In this document: one piece after another, positions 18,133 through 27,962 of the stretch
Layout: the number at the start of each line of letters is the position of its first letter
How positions within the stretch are numbered: the first letter of the stretch is position 1
Source of the DNA: Candidatus Hydrogenedentota bacterium
GTDB lineage: Bacteria > Hydrogenedentota > Hydrogenedentia > Hydrogenedentales > SLHB01
NCBI GenBank assembly: GCA_963674865.2
Contig: CAXXYE010000011.1
Span: 313,863 to 377,862, forward strand
Direction: 5' to 3'
DNA length: 64,000 bases
The notes under the pieces: generated by a model
Told to the model about the DNA's origin: nothing
The model's database searches: none
Seen by the model: the letters and a program-made list of their open reading frames with translations, nothing else
Made by a program: the position numbers and the translations under genes

Positions 18133-19170
18133 TTAGGTTAGGCCGCTCATCGTGCCAATGTCTCTGCTTCCAATGACTCGACGCGCGGCACAATTGGCAA
18201 CCCGGCCACCGGGGAGCCTGCCGATAGCGACCCGCTCAATCCCCGCCAAATCCTTGCGGAAGGCCACCTCGGAATACCCGTTCTCCTCAAGTAAGCCGCA
18301 CACCTGCCTATACTGCCCCATGCCGATCTCAAAAGCAAGGAGTCCCCCCGGCGTAAGTCGCCTCCGCGCGCCCGCTACAAGCCTTCGGATCACCGCCAGG
18401 CCGTCATGCCCGGCAAGGAGCGCGCGCGGATCCTCGTGAAGGCGGATCACCGGTGACAGTTCCGGCCAGGCGTCTTCCTCGATATACGGCGGATTCGAGC
18501 AGACTACGTCGAAGGCAGGGGCATTCTCCGGAACGGCGTCAAATAGATCGCCCACTGCGAACGCGATGCGTCCCGTCAGGCCGTGGAGAGCCACATTGCG
18601 CCTGGCAAGGGCCAACCGCTCCTCGCGGATATCCGTAGCAAGCACCGAGCATTCCGGCGCATTGTGTGCGATGGCCGCGGCTACACAGCCCGTTCCTGTG
18701 CCCAATTCGAGCACTCGCGAGGCGCGTCCGCCGATGGATTCGAGGACACACTCGACAAGATGCTCCGTTTCAGGCCGGGGAACCAATGCCGGCGGCTCGA
18801 CGAAAAACCGGAGGGAGAAGAACTCCCACTCACCGAGGATGTAGGCAATGGGCTCGTAGCTGAGGCGGCGGTCGAGCAAGGCGTCGAAACCCGTCAAGTC
18901 GCGGCTTTCCCCGAGTCGCGCAAGAAGCTGGGCTCGTTTGAGCTCCAAGAAGTGTGCCAGGAGTATCTCGGCGTCAATCCGTGGCGTGTCAGTGACTTGT
19001 GCGAGGACCTCTTCCGCGCGTGACAGGGCCTCTGCGAGGGAAGGAGTCCGGCCTGAAAACACGGTTCCTGGTGGCGTGCGGCCAGAAAGCACTTGTAAGT
19101 CCTTCTGTGTCAACACCTGGAACTCGGGGGCCCCGTTATTCGGCGGCTTTCTGGCCGCCCCCCTAGGCAT
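18133..19170 (-). CDS. prmC: Release factor glutamine methyltransferase with repeat-derived N-terminal extension
   Basis: EPIAYILG, LVPRPETE, LGTGTG, NPPY; TGATG overlap with prfA. Confidence 0.95.
   Translation of the reverse strand: MPRGAARKPPNNGAPEFQVLTQKDLQVLSGRTPPGTVFSGRTPSLAEALSRAEEVLAQVTDTPRIDAEILLAHFLELKRAQLLARLGESRDLTGFDALLDRRLSYEPIAYILGEWEFFSLRFFVEPPALVPRPETEHLVECVLESIGGRASRVLELGTGTGCVAAAIAHNAPECSVLATDIREERLALARRNVALHGLTGRIAFAVGDLFDAVPENAPAFDVVCSNPPYIEEDAWPELSPVIRLHEDPRALLAGHDGLAVIRRLVAGARRRLTPGGLLAFEIGMGQYRQVCGLLEENGYSEVAFRKDLAGIERVAIGRLPGGRVANCAARRVIGSRDIGTMSGLT
19045..19170 (-). repeat. Palindromic coding repeat element, copy 1 (5' end of prmC)
   Basis: GCGGCCAGAAAGC...GCTTTCTGGCCGC inverted repeat; 95/120 nt ungapped identity to 32041-32160 (hand count). 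Confidence 0.9.
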
Positions 19171-20249
19171 CAGGCGGACGCGGCGAGTCGTGCCGCGCGA
19201 TCCGCTGCGACGAGAGCCTCGACTAACTCCTGGAACTCGCCCTGCATCACGGCATCGAGAGAGTGGAGGGTCTTGTTGATACGGTGGTCGGTTACGCGAT
19301 TCTGCGGGAAATTGTACGTGCGAATGCGCTCGCTTCGATCTCCGCTGCCGACTTGGCTCTTGCGGTCGGCGGAGCGCTGAGCGTTTTCTTCATCTTGTTT
19401 GAGGGCCAAGAGCCGCGCCCTGAGCACGGCCATAGCCTTGGCTTTGTTCTTGTGCTGCGACTTCTCATCCTGGCAGGTGACCACCAGCCCCGTCGGCTTG
19501 TGAGTGATACGGACCGCCGAGTCCGTCGTATTGACGCTCTGCCCGCCGGGGCCCGACGAGCGATAGACGTCGATCTCCAACTCACCTGGGTCGATGTGGA
19601 GGTCCACCTCTTCCGCCTCGGGCAGCAGCGCCACCGTCACGGCCGAAGTATGGATGCGCCCCTGCGCCTCGGTGACGGGAACACGCTGCACGCGGTGGAC
19701 GCCGCCCTCGAACTTCAATCGGCTGTAGACGCTCTCCCCCACTACCCGAAAGATGATTTCCTTGAATCCGCCGATCCCCGTCGGATGGGAACTCAGGACC
19801 TCTACCTTCCAGCTCTGTAGTTCCGCGAAGCGACTATACATCCGGAACAGGTCGGCCACGAAGAGGGCCGCCTCATCTCCCCCGGTTCCCGCCCGAATCT
19901 CGACGATGGAGTTCTTCTCATCATTCGGATCTTTGGGAAGCAGGAGGATCTTGAGCCGGCTCTCGAGGCGTTCGAGTTCCGCCTCATGCTCCTCCCGCTC
20001 ATGCTCCGCCATCTCCCGGAGTTCCGCGTCGCTCTCTTCCTCGAGGATCTCCCGCGCCTGGCGCGCGTGATCCTCATGCTCCCGGTACTCCCTGAAACAC
20101 CGGACGACCTCCTCCAACTCCGCCTGCGTCTTGGCGAGACGCGCGTACTCACGCGGATTCGAGGCGATCTCGGGCTGGGACATCTGCTCAGACAGGCGCT
20201 CGTACTCCTGCGCCACGTTGCAGAGCTTCTCTCGTACTACCGGCTCCAT
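19170..20249 (-). CDS. prfA: Peptide chain release factor 1
   Basis: GGQ motif and PVT tripeptide (RVPVTE). Confidence 0.97.
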   Translation of the reverse strand: MEPVVREKLCNVAQEYERLSEQMSQPEIASNPREYARLAKTQAELEEVVRCFREYREHEDHARQAREILEEESDAELREMAEHEREEHEAELERLESRLKILLLPKDPNDEKNSIVEIRAGTGGDEAALFVADLFRMYSRFAELQSWKVEVLSSHPTGIGGFKEIIFRVVGESVYSRLKFEGGVHRVQRVPVTEAQGRIHTSAVTVALLPEAEEVDLHIDPGELEIDVYRSSGPGGQSVNTTDSAVRITHKPTGLVVTCQDEKSQHKNKAKAMAVLRARLLALKQDEENAQRSADRKSQVGSGDRSERIRTYNFPQNRVTDHRINKTLHSLDAVMQGEFQELVEALVAADRAARLAASA

Positions 20250-20254
20250 GAGGA

Positions 20255-20464
20255 TCAGGTCTTGGTGGTTCTGCCGTACTTGCGGTTGAACCGCTCGACG
20301 CGTCCCTCACTGTCGATGAACTTCTGCTTGCCCGTGTAGAACGGATGGCACGCGGAGCAGATTTCCACGTTGATCTCAGGCTTCGTCGAGCGTGTCTCGA
20401 AGGTACTGCCACACGCACAGGATACCTTCGTGGTGACGTACTCCGGGTGGATTTCCTTCTTCAC
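20255..20464 (-). CDS. rpmE: 50S ribosomal protein L31 (Zn-binding type)
   Basis: [25 protein letters not shown] start with GGAG RBS. Confidence 0.96.
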   Translation of the reverse strand: MKKEIHPEYVTTKVSCACGSTFETRSTKPEINVEICSACHPFYTGKQKFIDSEGRVERFNRKYGRTTKT

Positions 20465-20693
20465 AATGCATCTCCTTGCTATGGATATCGGCCCGCGCGA
20501 CGCGGCACGCGTCCGGGCCGTCATAAGTCACCTGGAATCAGGCAACAACAGAACCTCCCAAACCGCGAAACTATACCATATCTCCGCAAATGCCCGCAAA
20601 CGTTCTTAGCGGCGCATACTCGTACATGTTCTCGTAGTCGCCACGCTCATGAAATACCGCGCAGGAACAGGCACGACGAGCGGTGTTTTCAGG

Positions 20694-20800
20694 TGCCCTG
20701 AAAGGGCAACGCATGCCAGCCCGGCGCAACGCGCCGGGACCGTTCAATCACTATGGCCGAGCCCTGAAAAGGGCGTGACAACCTGTTGCCTGTGCCGAGG
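20694..20800. repeat. REP-like GCCCTGAAAGGGC hairpin pair
   Basis: GCCCTGAAAGGGC at ~20695 and GCCCTGAAAAGGGCGTGACA at ~20781 with a CCCGGCGC-AAC-GCGCCGGG hairpin between; same motif again at ~57357. Confidence 0.7.
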
Positions 20801-21020
20801 ACCTGCTTCAACCACAGGTGAACACCGATGAACTCAGATCACTGCCCCCATCCGATCCTGCGAATCCCGTCCAGGGAACACATCGCAAGGAACCTCGGGC
20901 TCTACCGGGGAGTTTTCACCTGATGCCGTGCTCTGTGCAGACGTTTCATGTCTTGCCATCACCACCGGCGACTGTTATCATTTCGCTACGTCGCGGCTAG
21001 AGCCCGGAACTTTTAGCCTC

Positions 21021-21053
21021 TGTTATTCGGTGACTTTCTGGCCGCACCCCCAG
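21021..21053 (-). repeat. Truncated copy 3 of the palindromic coding repeat
   Basis: Reverse complement GGGGTGCGGCCAGAAAGTCACCGAATAAC matches the left end of copies 1 and 2; abuts the RBS of the next gene. Confidence 0.8.
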
Positions 21054-21067
21054 GGGAGGAGTGGAAG

Positions 21068-22039
21068 GTGCAGATCAAGAAAGCAGTTATAACGGCGGCC
21101 GGGCGGGGGGTCAGGATGTATCCCGCGGCGGATACCGTCCAGAAGGGCATGCTGCCCGTCGTGGATCGGGACGCTCTGTCCAAGCCGGTGATACAGATCA
21201 TCGCGGAAGAGGCTATCGAGAGCGGTATCGAGGAGATCTGCATCGTCTGTGCTCCTGACGACGAGCGGCACTACCTGCGCCAGCTCAAGTCGCTGCGGGA
21301 GAACCTCCTTGTGGCGTACAAGGGCATTGACTGGGCGCAAAACCAAGCCGAGAGGCTCGATAATGTCTTGCGCCGGTTGCGCTTCGTGGCCCAAGCCGAG
21401 CCGATGGGCTACGGCCACGCGGTCTACTGCGCGAAGGACTTCGTCGGCAAGGAGCCCTTCCTCCTGCTCTTGGGCGATCACCTCTACGTCTCCGACTTAC
21501 CCGGCGAGCGGTGCGCGGAGCAGGTGCTCAGGCTCGCAACGCAGCAGGAATGCGCCGTTGCCGCCGTTCACCCAACGCGCGAGCACCTCGTGGGGCGCTA
21601 CGGCACCCTATTCGGGAAGCGCGTGCCGGAGCATCCCGGCGTCTACCAGATCGAAAAGATCATCGAGAAACCTTCCCTGAGTGTCGCGGAATTGGAGCTC
21701 ATCACGCCGGGCCTCCGGGCGGGCTTCTACCTTTGCTTCTTCGGGATGCACGTCCTGCCCCACACGCTCTTCACTCTCCTTGAAAAGCAGATCTCCCGGA
21801 AAGAGAGAGCTAATGGCGAGTTCCAGTTGACGCCCGCCCTCCAGGACCTTGCCCGCCAGGAGAAATATCTGGCGCTCGAGGTGCAAGGCTCGCGCTACGA
21901 CATCGGCGCGAAGTTCGGCCTATTGCAGGCTCAGATTGCCTTGGCGATGGCGGGACGCGACTCGGAGCAAGTCCTCACTACCATCGTGGAACTGCTCGCC
22001 GAGGCGCAGGCAAGACGGGGCGGTGACGCGAATGGCTGA
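21068..22039 (+). CDS. GalU-like sugar-phosphate nucleotidyltransferase
   Basis: KKAVITAAGRGVR, QAEPMGYGHAV, LLLGD, IEKP, RYDIG. Confidence 0.88.
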   Translation: MQIKKAVITAAGRGVRMYPAADTVQKGMLPVVDRDALSKPVIQIIAEEAIESGIEEICIVCAPDDERHYLRQLKSLRENLLVAYKGIDWAQNQAERLDNVLRRLRFVAQAEPMGYGHAVYCAKDFVGKEPFLLLLGDHLYVSDLPGERCAEQVLRLATQQECAVAAVHPTREHLVGRYGTLFGKRVPEHPGVYQIEKIIEKPSLSVAELELITPGLRAGFYLCFFGMHVLPHTLFTLLEKQISRKERANGEFQLTPALQDLARQEKYLALEVQGSRYDIGAKFGLLQAQIALAMAGRDSEQVLTTIVELLAEAQARRGGDANG

Positions 22040-25000
22040 GTCATCACCCTTCGTCGAGACGATTACCACGGATAATCCGGAGCGGCGCAACCAGCCGTTT
22101 CTTTCCCTATGCGAAGGCTTCTCCGCGGCCCAATTGCTTGTCCAGTGCGACGCCCTCGAGACCTTTCGGCGCGGCTCAGACAACCTCTACGAGCGCGTTC
22201 GGGCCTGTCTGTTCCTTTACGGCATCCATCGCTTCCGCCTCATGGAATCGCCCGACGTAAGCACCGTCGGCACAATACCCTACGAAGGTTTCGAGGACCT
22301 ATTGGCGCGGCGCTTCGAGGAAGCGATTCACTGCTTCCGCGTCGCCCTGAGCGCGAATGGCCCCAATGGAGCCCTTTGCAGCGCCCTCGCCGCAAGTTAC
22401 CACGAACTGGCCTTTCAGACGCTGGCCGACCAGGTGCGACGGAGCGTCCGGGCGAGCCGGGGCAACCAGTGGATGTTCCGCGTCGGCCACGCCGAAGACC
22501 ATCCCGTGCGCGTCCGGCCCGAGTTGCTCGAACGCCCCGAAGGGGCGCTTCTCTATCCGATTCTCGTCGAGAAGACGCCTGTGCGCCTCGACCTGAGCCA
22601 CAGCGGGTGGTCGGACATCTTCTTCCTGGGGATGGACTTCCCGGAATGCGCCCGCGTCCTCAACATCTCGGTGGATCTCGGCGTACATGGACGCGACACA
22701 GTCTGTCGCCCCCCCGTCGAAGCTTATGTCCGAGTGATCTCGGAGCCCGTCCTGCGGCTGACAAGTGTGGACCTGGGCTGCACGAAAGACATTCGCGACC
22801 TGAACGACCTCTACAACTTCGGCAACGATTACCTCGGCCTGCTCAAGGCGGGCGTCATTGCCTCGGGCGTCATTCCGCCCTCCTTCGAGGGCACGAATCA
22901 ACCGATCGACGCCATCCTTTCCCGCGTGGTGGGGCCGCGCATGGGACTCGAACTCGTTACCAAGGTCAACGACATTCCCAAGGGCTCGCGCCTCGCCGTC
23001 TCCACGAACCTCTTAGCCTGTATCGTGGCCGCTCTGATGCGCGCCACCGGCCAGACGCAGGCAATGACGGGCGGACTCACCGAGAGCGAACGCCGCCTCG
23101 CCGCCTCGCGCGCTATCCTTGGCGAATGGCTTGGAGGCTCCGGCGGCGGCTGGCAGGATTCGGGCGGCGTGTGGCCGGCGATGAAGGTTATCCAGGGCGC
23201 GGCGGCGAAGGAAGGCGATCCGGAGTACGGCGTCAGCCGTGGCCGCCTCCTCCCCGAACACAAGATCCTGGGAGATGCCGAGCTGCACCCCGAGATCGCC
23301 GCGCGGCTGACGGCGTCACTCGTCCCCATCCACGGAGGCATGGCGCAGAACGTCGGCCCCATCCTGGAAATGGTTACTGAGAAGTACCTCCTGCGCGGCA
23401 AATCCGAATGGGAAGCGCGTTTGGCCATGCGCGGAATCTTCGACAACATCCTTGAAGCGCTTCGCTCCGGCGATGTTCGCACCGTCGCGGCCAACACGAT
23501 GGACAACTGGATCGGCCCGCTTAAGACGATCATTCCATGGATCACAAGTCGCTTCACCGAAACCATCATTGAGCGGGCCGCGGCCAAGTACGGCCGGGAT
23601 TTCTGGGGATTCCTGATGCTTGGCGGCATGTCGGGCGGCGGCATGGCCATGTTTGTGGCCCCCGAGCGCCGCGATGCCTTCCGCGACGATGTCCTCGGCA
23701 TCATGCGCACCACCAAGCGTGAACTCGAGGACGCCCTTCCCTTCGCCATGGACCCGATTGTCTACGATTTCAGCATCAACGAGACCGGCACATCGGCCTC
23801 CATGCTTCACGGGGAAGACGCCATTATGCCCGCGCGCTACCACGCGGTGCAGATCCCCGAACTCGTTCATCACGATCCGGGCGCTCTTCCCTACTTGCGC
23901 CGCGTCGAACTCGACCATTTCACGGCCCACTGCGATAAGCCGGAGGACACATTCACCATCCTTCGTACCATGGTGGGCCATCTATTCCGCGTCACCAATC
24001 CTGCCACGCAGACCGAGCGTCTGCAATGGGACAGGGAGGCGGCGCGCATCAAGGAAGAGAACGGCTTCGACGCTATCCAGCACGGCCAATTCCGCGCCGA
24101 CCTGCGCAGCGGCCGCATCGGCCTCGCCCGCAACCGCCTCCCGGTGGACACGGATATCGAGGATGTACGCGAGGGCGACGTAGTTGTCATGCGCGGCGAT
24201 TCCCATGCCCGCGCCTGTGGCGAAACCGCTCTGCGCGAAGGCCGCGTTGCCGTGCTTTCCCTCGGCGGCGGCGTCGGCAGTCGATGGACCACCGGCGCCG
24301 GTGTCGTCAAAACGGTGAATCCCTTCGTCTCGCTGGCGGGAAAACACCGAAGCTTCCTGGAAATCCATCTCGCCAAGACCCAGCGGGCGGCAGCGCGATA
24401 TGACGCCGTCCTCCCCCATATTGTCACCACGAGTTTCCTGACAGACGCTCCCGTCAAGAAACACCTGGCGCTGAATGATAACTACGGCTATGCCGGGCCG
24501 CTATACCTCTCCCCAGGCCGCTCGATAAGCCAACGCTTGGTGCCCATGGTTCGCGATCTCGTCTTTCTCTGGGAGGAGATGCCGCAGGAGACGCTTGACG
24601 AGCAGAAGCAGAAAGTGCGCGAGGCCATCCGGGGCGCCCTCATGGAGTGGGCCCGCGACAAAGGCGAAGGTAGCGATTACGAGGACAATGTCGCCGTGCA
24701 GCGCTTCAATCCGCCCGGACACTGGTACGAGGTGCCCAACCTTTTCCGCAACGGCGTGCTCGCCGAGCTGTTGACGGAGTGCCCCCAGGTCGAAACCATC
24801 ATGCTCCACAACATCGACACCCTCGGCGCGGACCTCGACCCCGAGCCCCTGGGCATTCACCTTGAACGCGGCAACGTACTGACCTTTGAGGTCGTCCCGA
24901 GGCGTATCGACGACCGCGGCGGCGGTCTCGCCCGCGTCAATGGACGGCCACGGCTTCTCGAAGGATTGGCCCAGCCCCGTGAAGAGGACGAGTTCCGGCT

Positions 25001-25373
25001 GCGCTACTACAACTCCATGACGACTTGGATTCAGGTCGACCCGCTCCTGCGTGTGTTCGGCCTCACCCGCGACGATCTTACGGGGCCGCAGGGGAAGGTG
25101 GCCGAAGCGGTGAGGCGCGTTGCGGCGCGCGTGCCGACGTACGTCACCATCAAGGACGCCAAGCGGCGCTGGGGACATGCCCAGGAGGATGTGTATCCCG
25201 TGGCGCAATTCGAGAAGCTGTGGAGTGACATGACCGGCCTCGCCGACGTGGCCTGCGGCTACATCGCCGTGCCCCGCTTGCGCGGTCAGCAGCTCAAGGA
25301 TCCGGCCCAACTCGACGGCTGGGCGAACGACGGCAGCAAGGAATACGTCGCCCACCTGTGCTCTTTCGCGTGA
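22032..25373 (+). CDS. Fused GHMP sugar kinase / UDPGP-family pyrophosphorylase (~1113 aa)
   Basis: Kinase motifs PVRLDLSHSGWSD, IPKGSRLAVS, GGWQD, GGMSGGG; C-terminal LGGGVGSRW..K, NPPGH, HNIDTL, QFEK. Confidence 0.8.
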   Translation: MAESSPFVETITTDNPERRNQPFLSLCEGFSAAQLLVQCDALETFRRGSDNLYERVRACLFLYGIHRFRLMESPDVSTVGTIPYEGFEDLLARRFEEAIHCFRVALSANGPNGALCSALAASYHELAFQTLADQVRRSVRASRGNQWMFRVGHAEDHPVRVRPELLERPEGALLYPILVEKTPVRLDLSHSGWSDIFFLGMDFPECARVLNISVDLGVHGRDTVCRPPVEAYVRVISEPVLRLTSVDLGCTKDIRDLNDLYNFGNDYLGLLKAGVIASGVIPPSFEGTNQPIDAILSRVVGPRMGLELVTKVNDIPKGSRLAVSTNLLACIVAALMRATGQTQAMTGGLTESERRLAASRAILGEWLGGSGGGWQDSGGVWPAMKVIQGAAAKEGDPEYGVSRGRLLPEHKILGDAELHPEIAARLTASLVPIHGGMAQNVGPILEMVTEKYLLRGKSEWEARLAMRGIFDNILEALRSGDVRTVAANTMDNWIGPLKTIIPWITSRFTETIIERAAAKYGRDFWGFLMLGGMSGGGMAMFVAPERRDAFRDDVLGIMRTTKRELEDALPFAMDPIVYDFSINETGTSASMLHGEDAIMPARYHAVQIPELVHHDPGALPYLRRVELDHFTAHCDKPEDTFTILRTMVGHLFRVTNPATQTERLQWDREAARIKEENGFDAIQHGQFRADLRSGRIGLARNRLPVDTDIEDVREGDVVVMRGDSHARACGETALREGRVAVLSLGGGVGSRWTTGAGVVKTVNPFVSLAGKHRSFLEIHLAKTQRAAARYDAVLPHIVTTSFLTDAPVKKHLALNDNYGYAGPLYLSPGRSISQRLVPMVRDLVFLWEEMPQETLDEQKQKVREAIRGALMEWARDKGEGSDYEDNVAVQRFNPPGHWYEVPNLFRNGVLAELLTECPQVETIMLHNIDTLGADLDPEPLGIHLERGNVLTFEVVPRRIDDRGGGLARVNGRPRLLEGLAQPREEDEFRLRYYNSMTTWIQVDPLLRVFGLTRDDLTGPQGKVAEAVRRVAARVPTYVTIKDAKRRWGHAQEDVYPVAQFEKLWSDMTGLADVACGYIAVPRLRGQQLKDPAQLDGWANDGSKEYVAHLCSFA

Positions 25374-25380
25374 ATAAGGC

Positions 25381-26889
25381 TCAGGTCGCTTTCAGGGCAA
25401 GGTACTTGTTGACCGCGTTGACGTAAGCCTGGATGGCCGCTTCGATGATATCCGTGCTCGCGCCCGTGCCGTAGTACGCCTTCTCGTCGAACTCGACCGT
25501 CACGTGCGCCTCGCCAAGGGCGTCTTTCCCCGGGGTGGCGGCGCGGAGCGAGAAATCGAGCAAGCGCCCGCTGATATCCACAATGCGGTCGATAGCCATG
25601 AACGCGGCGTGGATGGGGCCGTCGCCCGTAGCGGTGTCGAACATCTCCTCGTCGCCCTTGCGGAGTTTCACGAGGGCCATGGCCGGATCGGCCCCGCTCG
25701 TCCGGGCATCAACCAGGTGATACGTCTCGAACGACTCGTTCTGCATCGAGGCGATCAGAACGCGTAGGTCGTCCTCGAACACCTCCTTCTTGCGGTCGGT
25801 AAGGACGATAAAGCGCTCGTACAACTGCGCGACCTCATCTTGATCAAGCCGGTAGCCAAGTTCCTCGCAGCGTTTGGCCAAGCCGTGCTTGCCCGAGTGT
25901 TTGCCGAGCACCAATTCGCTACGGCTGCGGCCCACGGATTCCGGCGTCATAATCTCGTACGTGATGCTGCTCGCGATCACGCCGTGCTGATGGATGCCCG
26001 CCTCGTGCGCGAAAGCATTGCGCCCCACAATGGGCTTGTTGTACGGAACGGCGAGTCCCGTCAAATCGCTGAGCAACTTGCTGGAATGGACGATCTCCTC
26101 CGTGACGATATTTGTCTCGAAGGGGAACACATTCTGCCGGACCTTCATGGCCATCACCACCTCTTCGAGGGAGGCGTTCCCGGCGCGCTCGCCGATGCCG
26201 TTCACCGTACACTCGACCTGCCGCGCGCCGCCCAGGATCGCCGCGAGCGCATTCGCCACCGCCAGCCCGAGGTCATTGTGATTGTGTGAGGAGAAGATGA
26301 CCTTGTCGGCGCCGCTTGCGTTCGTAATGACGTGGTGGAACATCGTGTGGATCTCGTTCGGCGTCGTGTATCCCACGGTGTCGGGGAGATTGATCACGTC
26401 GGCCCCGGCTTCGATGGCCACATTGGTGATCTCCACGAGGTAATCGAGGTCGCTTCGCGTCGCGTCCTCCGCGGAGAACTCGACGCGGCCGATGCGGCTC
26501 TTCGCCAACCGGACCGCCTCGCCTGCCCGCTCGAGCACCTGCTCCCGCGACATCTTGAGCTTATGCTCGAGATGGATGTCCGACGTCGCGATGAACGTGT
26601 GCAGTACCGGAGACTCCGCCACTTCGAGAGCCTCCGCCGCGCGCTCGATATCGCCCTTCACCGCACGCGCCAACGCCGCCACCCGCCTGCCCTTGACTTG
26701 GCGGGCGACGTTCTGGACGCTCTCGAACTCTTGCTGCGAGGCGATGGGGAAGCCCGCCTCGATGATGTCCACGCCGAGCCGCTCGAGTTGAGCGGCCATG
26801 CGCAGTTTCTCCTGATCATTCATGCTTGCGCCCGGCGATTGCTCGCCATCGCGCAGCGTGGTGTCGAATATCTGAACTTGCTCTGCCAT
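25381..26889 (-). CDS. leuA: 2-isopropylmalate synthase
   Basis: DTTLRDGEQ, FSAEDATR, HNHNDLG, GERAGN, C-terminal regulatory domain; GAGGAGG RBS. Confidence 0.95.
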   Translation of the reverse strand: MAEQVQIFDTTLRDGEQSPGASMNDQEKLRMAAQLERLGVDIIEAGFPIASQQEFESVQNVARQVKGRRVAALARAVKGDIERAAEALEVAESPVLHTFIATSDIHLEHKLKMSREQVLERAGEAVRLAKSRIGRVEFSAEDATRSDLDYLVEITNVAIEAGADVINLPDTVGYTTPNEIHTMFHHVITNASGADKVIFSSHNHNDLGLAVANALAAILGGARQVECTVNGIGERAGNASLEEVVMAMKVRQNVFPFETNIVTEEIVHSSKLLSDLTGLAVPYNKPIVGRNAFAHEAGIHQHGVIASSITYEIMTPESVGRSRSELVLGKHSGKHGLAKRCEELGYRLDQDEVAQLYERFIVLTDRKKEVFEDDLRVLIASMQNESFETYHLVDARTSGADPAMALVKLRKGDEEMFDTATGDGPIHAAFMAIDRIVDISGRLLDFSLRAATPGKDALGEAHVTVEFDEKAYYGTGASTDIIEAAIQAYVNAVNKYLALKAT

Positions 26890-27097
26890 GGATCCTCCTC
26901 GCACGTGCAACGTGCTTAGATCGCAGAGCTTAACAAAGGCCGAAAAACGAGTCAATCCGAGGAGGACGCAGAACTGAGCCGCGCCATGCCTGGCTCAAAC
27001 CCTCCCTGCATCGCTGGCCACAGCTTGACCACACCGCGCAACGCGCGACTCGGCCCCGCGTTTGGCGGAGCGATATCGTGTTGCTATAATCGCCGCC

Positions 27098-27703
27098 ATG
27101 ACTGCGGAAGAGACATATGGCGGAGAGACGGCCGCTTCATCGCCCCAGAGCCGCCTCAGCCCAAAGACCATGCGGCGAATCATCCTCCGGGCGCTGTACG
27201 ACCGCTATCTCGAATCCCCGCTCGACATGTTGACGCCCGATGACTTGGCTGACGCCACCGAATTCGACGTCAAGACCTTGTTGAGCAGCGTGCACTATCT
27301 GCACGAGCGCGGGTTTGTCGAACTCATGGCGGGCTACAACCCGAGGACCTTCGCCGCCGTGCGGATCACGACCGATGGCGTCGACCTCGTCGAGAATCCC
27401 TACGAATTTGACCTGCGGTTTCCCTATGAGAACGCTGCGGATCGAGCGGTTCTCGGCATTCCGCAGCTTCTGGAACGCCTGTCGGCCGAAGCGAACCGCG
27501 TTCCCCTCGATGGCTGGCGTCGTCAGACCCTTGTGCGCGATGTACAGTATCTCCGCGACGAGCTTCTCCGCCCGGCGGGGCACTGGCGGGGCGAAGTACT
27601 CCGCACCGTCATCGGATGGATTGCCGCCTGCTTCGACGAGCCCTACGCAGCCCTGCCTTCCCTGAAGGAGCTGCAAGACGCCCTCGAAAGGGAACTCGCC
27701 TAA
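27098..27703 (+). CDS. Hypothetical protein with possible winged-helix N-domain
   Basis: RRIILRALY...HYLHERGFVE...RITTDGVDLVE wHTH-like pattern; TGCTATAAT 7 nt upstream of the ATG. Confidence 0.65.
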   Translation: MTAEETYGGETAASSPQSRLSPKTMRRIILRALYDRYLESPLDMLTPDDLADATEFDVKTLLSSVHYLHERGFVELMAGYNPRTFAAVRITTDGVDLVENPYEFDLRFPYENAADRAVLGIPQLLERLSAEANRVPLDGWRRQTLVRDVQYLRDELLRPAGHWRGEVLRTVIGWIAACFDEPYAALPSLKELQDALERELA

Positions 27704-27842
27704 CCCGCCTCTCTCACAGCCGCATAGCGAGACTGCGCGCACCTCACGCAGAACGGGCGCATGGCCCCACAAGCCTGCCGTTAGTGTGCTGACTCATCAT
27801 TGAAATTGTTTATCTGGAGATGAAGAAGCGTCAAGAAGAAGC

Positions 27843-27900
27843 GAAAAACGGGGACTGACACAAGCGGAGCGAAGCGAAGACGTGTCTGTCCCTCCTTTTC
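27843..27900. repeat. REP-like GGGACTG/CTGTCCC hairpin element
   Basis: GAAAAACGGGGACTGACAC..GCGAAGCGAAG..GTGTCTGTCCCTCCTTTTC; same family as 45403-45607. Confidence 0.7.
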
Positions 27901-27962
27901 GCGGCAACAACAAGACATCATTAGTGTGAGTTATGCCACTAGCGTCCACCGCCACGGCCCCG

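Noticed and set aside
22109..23380. 423-aa alternative-frame ORF and similar long shadow ORFs (34672-35955, 42092-43477, 58545-59597)
   Set aside because: They overlap well-supported genes, and their composition is typical of GC-rich off-frame or antisense ORFs.
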